NCBI RefSeq assembly: GCF_001194135.2 | Contig: NC_068989.1 | Coordinates: forward strand, 94,526,983 to 94,590,982 | Source of the DNA: Octopus bimaculoides | Taxonomy: Eukaryota | Length of the DNA stretch: 64,000 nt | Direction: 5' to 3' | Shown here: piece by piece, positions 52,290 through 64,000 of the stretch | Numbering within the stretch: position 1 is the first letter of the stretch | Layout of the letters: every line of letters starts with the position of its first letter | Program-made: the position numbers and the translations under genes | The notes under the pieces: generated by a model | The model's database searches: none | Told to the model about the DNA's origin: nothing | Seen by the model: only the letters and a program-made list of their open reading frames with translations

Positions 52290-52504
52290 TAGTTTCAGAT
52301 TTTAGTCCCAAGACAGATGTTTTGTTGGAGGGGGTAATTCGACTACATCAAATTCAGTTCTCAGGTGGTACTTATATAATCGACTCCGCATGTATGTCGA
52401 ACAAAAATCGACCTCGGTGGAATTTGAACTCAGAACGTAAATCTGGAGGAAATAACGCTAAGTGCTATGTCCGGCGCAGTAAAGATTCTGCCAGCTTGCC
52501 GCCA
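52290..52504 (-). mobile_element. SINE family A
   Basis: AATCGACCTCGGTGGAATTTGAACTCAGAACGTAAA..GATTCTGCCAGCTTGCCGCC. Confidence 0.85.
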
Positions 52505-52523
52505 TATTGAATTACATAATATT

Positions 52524-52737
52524 CTTTTCTACACTAGGCACATGGCCCGAAATTTGGTGGGAAGGGCCCAGTCGTTTACATCGACATCAGTAGGAAACTG
52601 GTACTTAATTTATCAATTTCCGAAAGGATGAAAGGCAAAGTCAACCTCGGAAGAATTTGAACTCGGAACGTAACGACAGACGAAATGCCGCTTCGCATTT
52701 CGCCCGGCGTGCTAACCTTTCTGCCGGTACGTCGCCT
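52524..52737 (-). mobile_element. SINE family A with 17-bp target-site duplication
   Basis: Family-A sequence; TTGAATTACA(T/G)AATATT at 52507-52523 and 52738-52754. Confidence 0.9.
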
Positions 52738-53395
52738 TTGAATTACAGAATATTGTAAGATTATTCGAATGAATTATTTTACTAAATTCCAAGGTTTATT
52801 GAAGTGCTATAAATTACACTAGCCAACGTTTTATTATCAGCTGCAGTACGGCTCTAAAATCTTTTCCATTGCTACTTCATGCAGATGTGAAATTAAATAA
52901 GAAATATCAATATTCGTGACGTATTCTGTCACATTTCTGGTCCCATTGGGAAGGGTTACGGAATAGCATTCAGTATATAAGCTGAGTAAAGCTTTAATCA
53001 TGTATTGATAAAGTGACAATATATATTCACAGAGCCAAGTCAAATAGTGTACGATAGAGATTTGTATGTAGTTACCATCAACAAAGCTGTCATGAATGAA
53101 ATCTATTCTTAGAAGACTGAAGGCGCATTCTTAGAAACATGTGACGCTGATGAGTGACGTAATTTCATGTAATGACTTTCGGTACACATCGATTCACCGT
53201 TAATTTTTGTAGCGCCGAAGGTATGTCATCGACTGAGAAACTCTGAGGAGTTAGGAAGTGAATCATTAATTCATAGAAATAGGTGCAATCTACAAAATGT
53301 CTCTTGCTATGAAAAGATACATGCGCATACATATATACACACGCACAAACACTTATATATATTCATACAGACACACGCTTATATACATGTGTGCG

Positions 53396-53448
<53 letters not shown>

Positions 53449-53721
53449 TCACAAATATGTATGTGCATATTCTCATACATGTACATAAATGCATAAGTAT
53501 TCTTATTATATGCGTGTATTTGTATGTGTATGTGCATGTATGTGTGTGTGGAATATGCGCAGTGTAGCTTTGGAAAAGCCATAGCTCAAAAGAGAACTCA
53601 ATATACAATTATGTAGAGTGTGTATTTTATGTATAGTCGTGCAAATGTAATAACGAATTACTCATGTACAAATATAAATGTAAATACACATATATACATA
53701 CACACGCACTCACAATTGTGC

Positions 53722-53808
<87 letters not shown>

Positions 53809-54847
53809 CAGAGAGAGAGAGAGAGGAAGAGAGAGAGAGAGAGAGAGAGAGAAATGTGTGTGTGTATGTGTATGCACATTTTCATAGATTTATCAATAAA
53901 TTATTAACATATGCAGCATCGGCACAAACATATCTCCTGAGCGAACGAATATGAACAATAGACTTCACAGATATGTACAAATATTGCATTAGGAAAGAAC
54001 TAATCATTAAAGAAGAAATATCTGGCTACTTACCAAATTTAGGAACTATGAATACCCAGAGAATGTCGAAGACCTACAGGAGGTTTGAAACGAATAATTA
54101 AATGTCTTGGAACTTAGATTGGTTTATGATAACATATATCTCTTGTGAAAAGAGAGAACCAATTACTGAAGAATTTATTATCGTATTCTCAAAAGATTTC
54201 GACATAAAAAGAATACAGGGAAACTGTAAGCCATATAATTCGGCGACGTGGGACTTATTTATTTAAGACTTTCTGATATATTGATCGAAAGAATGGGTTA
54301 AATTTCTACATAATAGCATTAAAGTATACTTTTCCGAAAATACCATGGCATCGATACTTCGTTAATCGGCGAACGAAAGAAAGCTTACATTCTTTTTTTC
54401 TTTCTTTTGCTTTCCATTTTGAATCTATAAATTTCAGAGAAGGATCTCGTCAGTCCAAATATTTTCCCATATTTCGAAAGATTTTTTAGCCGCGAGTATA
54501 TTTCTTCGAACAGATCGATATTTCTCAATGCACTCCAAAGTTATTCGTATACACCAGCCTGTGTATCAGAGCACGTGTGCGTTGATAAACGTGCATGCAT
54601 GCCTCACTTGTGAACCTTTCAATTAATGTGTGTGTGCATGTATGTTTATATATTGATATATAAATTTCGCGAAGTGAACACACAAAAAACTACATAAAAC
54701 TACATAAAACTACATATTTATGAAGTAATATACACACTCTCGAGTTCACTTTCTCTACATTTCTCTTTCTCTCTATGTATGTATCTATCTCGCTCTCTCA
54801 CTAAACATATGTGTGTGTATGCATGTTGTATCCTCTTCCGTCTCCAG

Positions 54848-55104
54848 TGTTGTGGTACCGACACGATATTGTAATGGATGGTTTTGGTACTCTATACCGG
54901 TCTTGTAATAACAACGTAACGATCCAACAATCTCTTCACGTACCAACAATCAATATTCCAAACGAACTAAGCAGCCGACACCTTCCGAATTCACTACGAA
55001 CTCAACAGGAACTAACACCCAGAAACTTCACTCCGACCGCTACTATTTATAATCACTCGGTCCAGTCTATTTATTGCAAGGGGGCGTCGTGACTCATCAC
55101 AACA
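54848..55104 (-). mobile_element. Probable LTR of a Gypsy-like retrotransposon (257 bp)
   Basis: Minus strand starts TGTTGTG and ends CACAACA (7-bp inverted termini); internal TATAAATA; purine tract GAAAAGGGGAG just 5'; TGG-starting PBS-like tract just 3'. Confidence 0.6.
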
Positions 55105-55451
55105 ACTCCCCTTTTCAGATTTCGACTTCCGTAGGAAGTGAAATATATTTTATTTTTATTTTTCCAGTACCTTTGCTATTTTTTAAAATTTAATATCTTT
55201 TTCGTTTTGACATCGTTCCTAAAGGTACAGTCTGTTTCCTTTTCTAATGCTGCTTCTACGAGGGTCAATCTCTTTCGGTGCTGGCACCTCAAACATATCA
55301 TAGCAGACTTCCATTGGTATTTCCTTTCGTTTTTCAGTGTGTCTCGTCTTGGATTGGTTTATGTGTCTCTTGTGTTCTCAACGTTGCCCTTGGCAAGAGC
55401 GTATTCAACATTAAATTCTCCTACTTAGGGCTGACATAGAATGTTTAAAAA

Positions 55452-55570
55452 ACCTTAAGCCAGTGGGTGTAGGAGAAGACACTTGCCCAAGGTACCATGC
55501 AGTGGGACTGAGCCCAGAACCACGTGATTGAGGAGTAAACAGCTTATCACGTAGCCACGTCTTTACCTAT
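55452..55570 (-). mobile_element. SINE family B, 5' head
   Basis: GAAGACACTTGCCCAAGGTACCATGCAGTGGGACTGAGCCCAGAACCACGTG. Confidence 0.8.
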
Positions 55571-58011
55571 ATATGTGTGTGGGTATGTGTTTGTGTGTGT
55601 GCGCGCGTGTGTGTTTGCGATTGCGTTTGTCTGCGTGCGTGTGCGTGTGTGTGTTTGTATGTGCGTATGTGTGTTTGTGTTTGATACAGTAGGTTTGTAT
55701 TACATGATGTGCTGCCTGCGTGCTCCGTAATAGACTCGTCAATGTCTGTGAACAGCTAACGAAGCATCATCAGCTGTGGGTGCCTTGCTGATCGTTGTTC
55801 TCAGCGTGTAGTACTAATAAAGGACTCATTCACGCAGTCAACCGAGAGCATCACGCAGGCTGCTACCTATGCAACGACGCTCATGTACGCATACGAGCGA
55901 CGTACCACATATGGGAAAGAAAATATTTGTCTGTGATACATTGACTACCGCCTAGACAATGAGAGCAATGACAGGGTCTGATGTTGAAATTATATGCTCT
56001 CTTTGCCGAGGGACACAGTAGCAAAATACCACTTCATAGAAGTGTTAAGGTGCGTATTTTTCTCTATTTTGAGGTAGACAGACCCACTCGCATGGAGACC
56101 CAAACTAACTCTTGTTTCCATTTATTAAAAAGCTACCCGAATATTGTGGAAGCTACCTTTAAAGTTGAAAGTCTCACTTAACTTTTTCTTAGTAGACAAC
56201 ATAGCCCAAGCTTTATTCTCCTGGAGTCTTCCATAAGATAGCAGTTCAGTATTTGTGTAAATCCTAAAGTAATCTATCAGTGTAGGCATGCACTTCACTG
56301 CCACAGCGAGATGCGTGATGCCCCAAGAAGAACCAACAGGAGACTTGTTGAGAGAGATGTTGTGTCCTGGCACGGAACGTTCTACTTCTCCCTTCCCATG
56401 GACTAAGCAACAGTCATCAAAAAGGTCACGATATGTATACACACACACACACACACACACACATGTATATGCTTTTGTGTGTATGCCTGAGTGTAGGAAC
56501 GCAAAGAGAAGGAGAGAGGAAGAATGGAGCAATATATTATTGCCTTGTACACTTTCACAACATATCTTACAATTAGTCATCAATTTCTATGTGTAATGAA
56601 AAATTATATTACTGTTAAAGTGATTTATTTGCTAAAGCAAATTCATTCTGTATTATAAAGCTCTTAAAATCGATATAGCTTGTATTCGAAATTGCTTAGC
56701 AACTGAACCACATTTGAGTGATATCATTCTCAGTATACTATTTCACATTACGTCTCCTGTCTAAAAATATTTACTTACAACGCATACGTTCTTTCTCATT
56801 CGGAAATGCATGTAAAAATTCATACATACATGCATGTTAATACGTATGAGTGTATTCCCAGCACATTAATGTCTTTTTATATATATATATTTCTAATATA
56901 GACACAAAGCCAGCAGTTTTAAAGAAAGGGCTTAGTTGATGACATTAAAATCTCTTACTTGATGACTGGTACTTCATTCCAGCATTTTAGACCTTGGCCC
57001 TCTGTGTCTAACTTTATCTTCCACCCAGAATCCTGAGCAACATAATAAATAGTTGCGCATACAACTCAAGAGTAACGAGAGCTGGAAAACGAATGGACAG
57101 AAGCACACAAAAAACAAAATAACAATAATAGACCTTTCCCTCAACTACCCTATTTGTGCAATGCAGGCAAACGAATGGACAGAATCACATAAATAAACAA
57201 AAATCAGGAGAAAAACAATATTAGGCCTTTTTCTCAACTTGCTTATTTGCTAGCCCAGATCGTTTCTTTCCTCACCTCTTTCGCCAGTTTCATTGGCTGA
57301 ATCGCTCTCATTGCTTGTATCAGTGTAAACTCTTCGTCCGAAGAATAAATATCATCAAACATTTCCTGGACTGCAAAGAGTTTAAGCCTTGTTCGTTTAT
57401 GATATGTAGTGTTGGGTTCATCACAAGCACATTTTATCGTAAAATCGTATTTGATTTTTATTAAAATCAAATGTAAACAACAACGACGGGTAACATCATT
57501 ACCAATGAGTCATAAAAACACTTGACTACAAAGCTGCAACGTGATCAGTTGGCTAACTACACCATTTTATCTTCTTTTACTATGTGTATTGTCCAGTAAT
57601 GCTTTACCCGTAATCTGGTAGAGATTTCATTTCTGATCTTTACAGTATCGCAGTAACACTGCACCATGGAGTTAAACTATCCTGACAGATTATAAGTCAA
57701 AGTAAAAAAAAAAAAACGGCAATTGGAGCCCATTAAAACATTTGGTTCTAATAATTCGCTGAATGGACAAAATCGCTAAAACCACAAACAAAATGATTTA
57801 CGCGTTTTAGTGAGGGACTTTTATGCACTGAGTTCAAATCCAGCTGTAGTTGAATTTCAGTCTTCTGAAGTAAATAATAAAAAAAAAACTATATTATATC
57901 AAATATACAGCCGGAGCTTCAGTGTCTGTTGTACTTTCCCAAATTTTAAAGCCTGGTGTCTATGTTAAAAGCCAATGTATCTTTCTGGTAGAGCGGCAGA
58001 CAAAATACTTA

Positions 58012-58210
58012 AAGGAGGCCTGCTGGACGAATAGTTAACGCGCAGGGCGAAATTTTTACGGTATTTGCCGTTACGTTCTAAGTTCAAATTCCACCGAGGT
58101 CGACTTTGCCTTTCCTCTTTTCGGGGTCGATTTGTAATCGTTGTAATCCCTTTGTCTGTCCTTGCTTGTCCCCTATATGTTAGAGCCACCCGTAGACAAT
58201 AAAAAATAAA
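58012..58210 (+). mobile_element. SINE family A with an alternative 3' tail
   Basis: TTACGTTCTAAGTTCAAATTCCACCGAGGTCGACTTTGCC; tail TTTGTCTGTCCTTGCTTGTCCCCTATATG..AATAAA; flanks AAATACTTA and AAATATTTA. Confidence 0.8.
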
Positions 58211-58769
58211 TATTTAGTTACAACGCTTTACATTATGAGTTCACATCCTGCCAATGAAGAATACATATTTGATTCGACTGAGGTCGATAAAATAATGTAA
58301 TAGACGAGAAAGTAATTGACTGAATCAGCTATATCCAATCTCCAATTGCTTGGTTTTGCGCCAATATTGCAAATCAATATTTGTGTATAATAATCTAATT
58401 ACCTTTCATTGTGATTCATTTTATAAGCGGACAGCACGCATACGTCAAATATTAGCAACAAGTATAATTTTGAACGGAAATCTCGAACGCTTCTCTAGCA
58501 CGTTTACAGTATTTGTCAATGTGAACAACTACAACTCAGTGAGAAAAGTGAGTGTCATAAGTGTAAACATTTATTTTATGAAAATAAATTACAGATATGC
58601 GTCCTATTCCTGAACGAGCTGTCGCCGCTTTATTAGTGTAAACAGTATAAATAAATAATATATATTTTAGATTACTTCTTTGCCAGTCTCAAGAGGAGAT
58701 GTTTAGAAGGAAGTAGAAATTAAAGGTTTCAATCTTAGAGGCATAAAGCACTCGAAATAGTGGCTTCGA

Positions 58770-58962
58770 ATTTTGGTACGGGGCAATTTGGCTTAAGTCG
58801 ATTACATTGATCATAGTACTCAACTATTACTTATTATAGTGACCCCGAGAGGACGAATGGTAAAGCCGGCCACGGCAGAATTTGAAGTCAAAATGTAAAA
58901 CGGACAAAATGCCACTAAGTATTTTGCCTGGCGTGGTAAAGATTCTGCCAGCTCGTCCCCTT
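58770..58962 (-). mobile_element. SINE family A, diverged
   Basis: GTCGATTACATTGA..GGCAGAATTTGAAGTCAAAATGTAAA..GATTCTGCCAGCTCG. Confidence 0.78.
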
Positions 58963-59069
58963 ATTTCACATTTATAACAATAAAAGCAGTGTTTCCACAT
59001 ATACTAATTTGTATGGAGCATGCACAAATATTTCAAGAATATAGCAGAGACAAGTAATGTCGAATACCT

Positions 59070-59229
59070 GAAGGCGGCGAGCTGGCAGAATCGTTAGCAC
59101 GCTGGGCGAAATGCTTTCGAAATCCTTTCGGGGTCGATAAATTAAGTACCAGTAGCGTACTGGGGTCATCTAATCGTCTGGCGCCCTCCCCCAAAATTTC
59201 GTGCTTTGTAATTAAAGGGGAAAAGACTA
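59070..59229 (+). mobile_element. SINE family A, internally deleted (B-box region missing), with target-site duplication
   Basis: GGCGGCGAGCTGGCAGAATCGTTAGCACGC..GAAATGCT joined almost directly to ATCCTTTCGGGGTCG; TCGAATACCT at 59060-59069 and 59230-59239. Confidence 0.88.
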
Positions 59230-59558
59230 TCGAATACCTTAAATAAATACCTTCCTGATCTGTGCACTCTATTACATTTTGTACCTTCTGCTAACATTTT
59301 AAGTCTGGCAAAATCACACGTAGCCAAATCTAAAATGGAGACCATCTTACCACCAATTTCAATGCGAAGAATTTGAAAATTGCGATATCTAAAACATAAA
59401 AAAATATATTATGCACAAAATCCTCTAATGGATAAGTGCATATATATANNNNNNNNNNNNNNNNNNNNNNNNNNNNNNNNNNNNNNNNNNNNNNNNNNNN
59501 NNNNNNNNNNNNNNNNNNNNNNNNNNNNNNNNNNNNNNNNNNNNNNNNNNNNNNNNNN

Positions 59559-59602
<44 letters not shown>

Positions 59603-61394
59603 CATAGATAGATAGATGGATAAAAGAAGAACGTATAATTGTGAATGACTCACAATTATAATGGACAGAGTTATAAAGACACTTACATATCTAGAAATAG
59701 CAGTCCAAACCGCTATAAAGTCAATATTAACTCTCGTATTATATCTCCTTAACAATTAAATCTCCTCTTCTTATAAACGCTGTTCATGACGTTTGAAATC
59801 AGAATTTGAATTGGGTGGATAAACGTTGATACATTATTCTTGCCGTTCGGGATACATGTTAATCCCTAAGGTATATTTTTTGTGTTAATTTCTATGCACA
59901 GGAATGTTTTCCTGACGAGAAAAATGGATGTATTTTTGGTTTATAACATGTTATGTCATGTCGCTCGCCGACAGCGTTTATTGTTGGGGAGATATAACAT
60001 GAGTGTTTATCGTGGCTTTTTAGCGCTTTTGACGTATTTCAGGAGTTATTGACTGAAAATATCCCAGACTTCAAAAATTCATGCTGAGTTTGATTTAGTC
60101 AGCAAACACACTTTGAGGAGTTACCCCAGCATGGCTACAGTGTAATGATGCAAGCAAACATAAAACAAAAGAAAAGAATAAGCTGAAATACAAATTTGGC
60201 ATACAAGTGAAGCATTCCCACGGAACCTAAAAGCAACTCTACATTTGAACCCAATGGAAATGTTAACAACAACCGCTCACCACTCCTGTATGTATAATAT
60301 CAAGTGCTGATCATTTATCAACGAAATCTGCCAGCTCAGCGCAATTCACAAAACTTAACAATTCCCTTCCATTTATTTTTGCAAATACAGAGTTCACACT
60401 TCTGTTGCGAAATACGGATACACAAAAGGTTACACTCTTTCGCTCTTCTATTCAAATTGACAGAACTCACTCTCTGCTTAGAAACTGAAAAAGGAATGTA
60501 CGAACAATATGAACAAACCGGAGATTAATCTTGAGAAGGATGAAATAAAAACAAATTTAGAAATATCATATCTGCAGCTACTGACGGCGGAAAGCGAATT
60601 ATACTGAACATAAACAGATCTAGGAAGAAAACCTCTCTAACAAATAAATGAAATATTTACAACAAAATATTTTCACAAAGCATAATGAAGAAAAACTACT
60701 TTTCTTTACTGACATAACTGGAAAACATGGCTGCTGAGCTCTAAAACGTCTTAGCAACGACTCATGTGCTAGAAAACAGCACAAAGTAATAACAAATGAT
60801 ATCGCCTACTAAATACACAAAGCAAAATGGCGTAGATTACCTATACGACTAGGATCTTCAAACTTATGTGTAAACACTCGTGGCCTTTATTTAAAAAATC
60901 AAGCTTTCTATAGTAATTCCACGGAAGAATCTCCTACAATCAGTAATTTCTGAAGGATTTGTTTTATCAACAGTCTTTATGTTGTGTCACCAAAGATTAT
61001 GTATTAAGTGATCACATTATTCACTACTATAACGTTGAAGCAAGATCATAGGAGACATCCAGGGTACATATTATGGCCATGGTCACTCAGGATTTTCGTA
61101 CTGTAGTTCCCTCAAAAATGTCGACGATTAAGATGGGTATAAAATATCTTAGTCGCCACTTTTGAAATTGATTTGTGAGTTTGGCGTCCCAATGGTGTAA
61201 TGTTTGGAGGAGACTCCGATTCCGAACGTCATAAACGGTTTGATACCTGAAACTCATACAGTGCTGTTGCTGTTGTTGTTGTTGTTGTTGCTGCTGTTAC
61301 AACCGATTCACTGTCTTCGTTCGCAGATGATATTCAGTGGATCAAATTGAGGATATGTTGTTGAATTCGTCCTTGAACGTTTACACTCAGCACT

Positions 61395-61940
61395 TGAGCC
61401 GCGTCGCTTAGGGATTAGCTTATTCAACTCGCAAGTTTGATTCCTTGCGGTGCGTTGTATCCTTGAGCAAGATGCTTTATTTCCTATGCAATATTGTTGG
61501 GATGAGGAATTATGTACATTATTTACAATTGACGGATAGGTCCATTATAGCAGAAAAATAACATCAGCAACATAGGAATGAGAACAGTTTACGCCATTCG
61601 TCAAATAAAGGGTTTCGTTCGAAATTCCATCAGAACACCTGATGAAGTTTCGAAAATACATCAGCCGAAACGTTGTGATAACAACAAACAACGCCCATTG
61701 TAAATAATGTACTTTATTTCTTGTTGCTCCAGCTCACTCAGCTGGTAAAATGAGCTGTACCTGTAATTCAAAGGGGACCAGACCTGACACATTTTGTGTC
61801 ACACTGAATCTCCTTGAGAACTACGTTAAGAGAACGTGTGTCGCTGGAGTACTCAGCCACTTGCACGTTAGTTGTACGAGAATGATGTTCCGCTTATCGT
61901 ATCATATGGAACCGACATCGTTGTAACCGTTGGAGTGGTA
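61395..61940 (+). mobile_element. SINE family C interrupted by an insertion of about 230 bp (61484-61711)
   Basis: Head ..GCGTTGTATCCTTGAGCAAGATGCTTTATTTC; the body resumes at CTTTATTTCTTGTTGCTCCAGCTCACTCAGCTGG and runs to GTAACCGTTGGAGTG. Confidence 0.78.
61635..61678 (+). ncRNA. Minimal hammerhead-like motif (CUGAUGA core, damaged helix II)
   Basis: CAC-CTGATGA-AG..CAGCC-GAAA-CG-TT-GTG; palindrome AACGTT; helix II 5' strand no longer complementary. Confidence 0.55.
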
Positions 61941-62669
61941 GACTTTCAGCATGAATTTAGCAGATCTATAGGCTTTATTTGACAATAGCAAACCTAAATA
62001 TTGTAATGTATCGCAAAAGGCCTTACAAAATCTAGTGTCTTAAAAAAAATCAAACGGTAAAAAATATATCATGTCTTAAATTGATCGACGACAACTACCT
62101 TCTCTGAAAGTGTTCGGAAGATCTTTAATCGTATTGCATGTGCAGAATCATCAAAACTTGTATGTTAGGAAATGTTATTCCTGAAATATGTTAGAAGAGC
62201 CTATAAAAGGAAATGCAATCGTTTCTCTTTGTAAAGAAAATAATAGTATTTTCTCCAAAAACTAAGGAAAATATGCAAGGAAGACACAACACAGTGATGT
62301 CGGTAGTAAAGAGAAAAGGAAATACAAAATAAAGCAAGCAAAAGACCTGAAAAGCAATAAGAATGGAAAGAATATAATAACTCTATCTATCTAGCTAGCT
62401 AGCTACCTACTTATCTATCCATCTATCTATCTATTTGTCTCTCTGTCTGTCTAAGCATAACACCTATCTAAAGCAATACGGGTTTACTGTGGTTGAATTG
62501 ATTGGCATGGCAGGAACACTTCATAATAGGTTCCATGGTTCAGAAAACTTCAATTGGCATCGATACAGTGTCTGTGCTACAAAACGAAGTGCATATAAAT
62601 TATGTTGCATTCGGTCTCTATGGAAACACTTATGTTTTGAAGAATATTTGAAACTAACAAATTTCCTCT

Positions 62670-62810
62670 AGCACTTGACAAGGACTTTATTACATCGATC
62701 CGCAACGGATGAAAGGCAAGTACACCTCCGTCGAATTTAAACTCCGAACATTAAATGCTGGATAAATTCTCACATTTTGTACCAGACTCTGCAATTCCAT
62801 CGCTCTAGAT
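62670..62810 (-). mobile_element. SINE family A fragment, diverged
   Basis: ACATCGATCCGCAACGGATGAAAGGCAAGTACACCTCCGTCGAATTTAAACTCCGAAC. Confidence 0.65.
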
Positions 62811-63908
62811 TTGTTGAATACTAGGAAGATACGATATATATTAGAAATAAAATTCTTGTAATTTCGTCACAACGTCAGCAAATTTGAAGAGAGAAAAGTC
62901 GGCACCGCTGATTCCAGTAATTCACCGATCCTTTTTTTTTTTTTTTTCTTATCAGCCGCAGAAGGCTTTCTAATTTGAATATTAAAAGTGAGAGGAAATA
63001 TGCAAATCCAAGCCTCTAACGATTCTGACAGTTAACCTCCCTACATAGAACATAATAGATGCAACAGGAAATGCACACAAATTCATTGAATACAGCTCCA
63101 CATATTCAGAGAGACGGAAAGCTAGAACACCAAATGGAAGATGTGCCAATAAATTAGAAACAAGGTACATGCGTAAGAAGGTACACATTTGACGAGAGAG
63201 TCAATTAAGTCGAACTCTATACCTTTCGTTGATATTTTTATGTGACTTGCTCTGGAAATTATAAAACGCAAAACCAAGCCATGCTTTCGGATTTGAACTC
63301 AAACTGTAAAATTACTGCAAAATATTTTGCTCGGTAATTTAATAGCTCTACTACGCACTTCTCTGTATCGTTTCAACATTAACGGAGTGGAAAAAGTAGA
63401 GTGGTATTACAATCTCACTTCTGACGACTACTCGAATTATAGCGTTTACTTGTCTTGTACAAGATCTATTCCTGTACGGAAGCGTGAACATCTCAAAATT
63501 CCATTTCCTCTTCTGTAAATCTACGATATTCTATCATTATGCAAGCAATTAAATTTTCTTGACAGTATTTGGAAGCCTATATGCATTGCGTTGACTAAAA
63601 TGAATTAATATACACAACTACGTTAGAATTGATTATCTCCTATATAAAATATATAATACATTATAATAAACTTATAAATAGAACTTAACGAGAATCTGAT
63701 GTATGGTTGCATTTAAATACTTAAATATTTCTTTAATAACATGTCACGTTCGTCAATGCACGTTCTATGGTTATATCTGCACCCGTATACATATCAACGT
63801 TTAAAAACTTAGGGACAATATATATATGTGTGTGCATGCATGTGTGTGCGTGTATGTGCGTGTATGTGTGGGCGCGCGCGCGTAGACAGTGTATGTGTAT
63901 TTACATAC

Positions 63909-63993
<85 letters not shown>

Positions 63994-64000
63994 TATATAT

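Noticed and set aside
60240-60700. Very decayed Penelope-like N-terminal region (NLEKDEIK, IISAATDGGKRIILN)
   Set aside because: Similarity too weak to support without a profile search.

Overview
AT-rich, gap-riddled animal genomic DNA. No host protein-coding gene, rRNA, tRNA gene or CRISPR array can be supported. The dense (TA)n/(TG)n/(GA)n microsatellites and the tRNA-derived SINE families resemble octopus/cephalopod DNA (inference from repeat content only). About 18 N-gaps, mostly flanked by microsatellites, explain nearly all the long ORFs in the track. Recognisable content is mobile DNA: three SINE families (about 20 copies), LINE remnants (Tx1/L1, two R4/Dong-like, RTE, CR1-like, Penelope), four Tc1/mariner-superfamily remnants, several foldback/MITE-like palindromes and one probable LTR. 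The strongest unexplained signal is a set of hammerhead-ribozyme motifs from at least four sequence families. One at 46065-46141 is fully foldable and carries a compensatory U3-A8 core. Coordinates of diverged repeats are approximate (about +/-10-20 bp).
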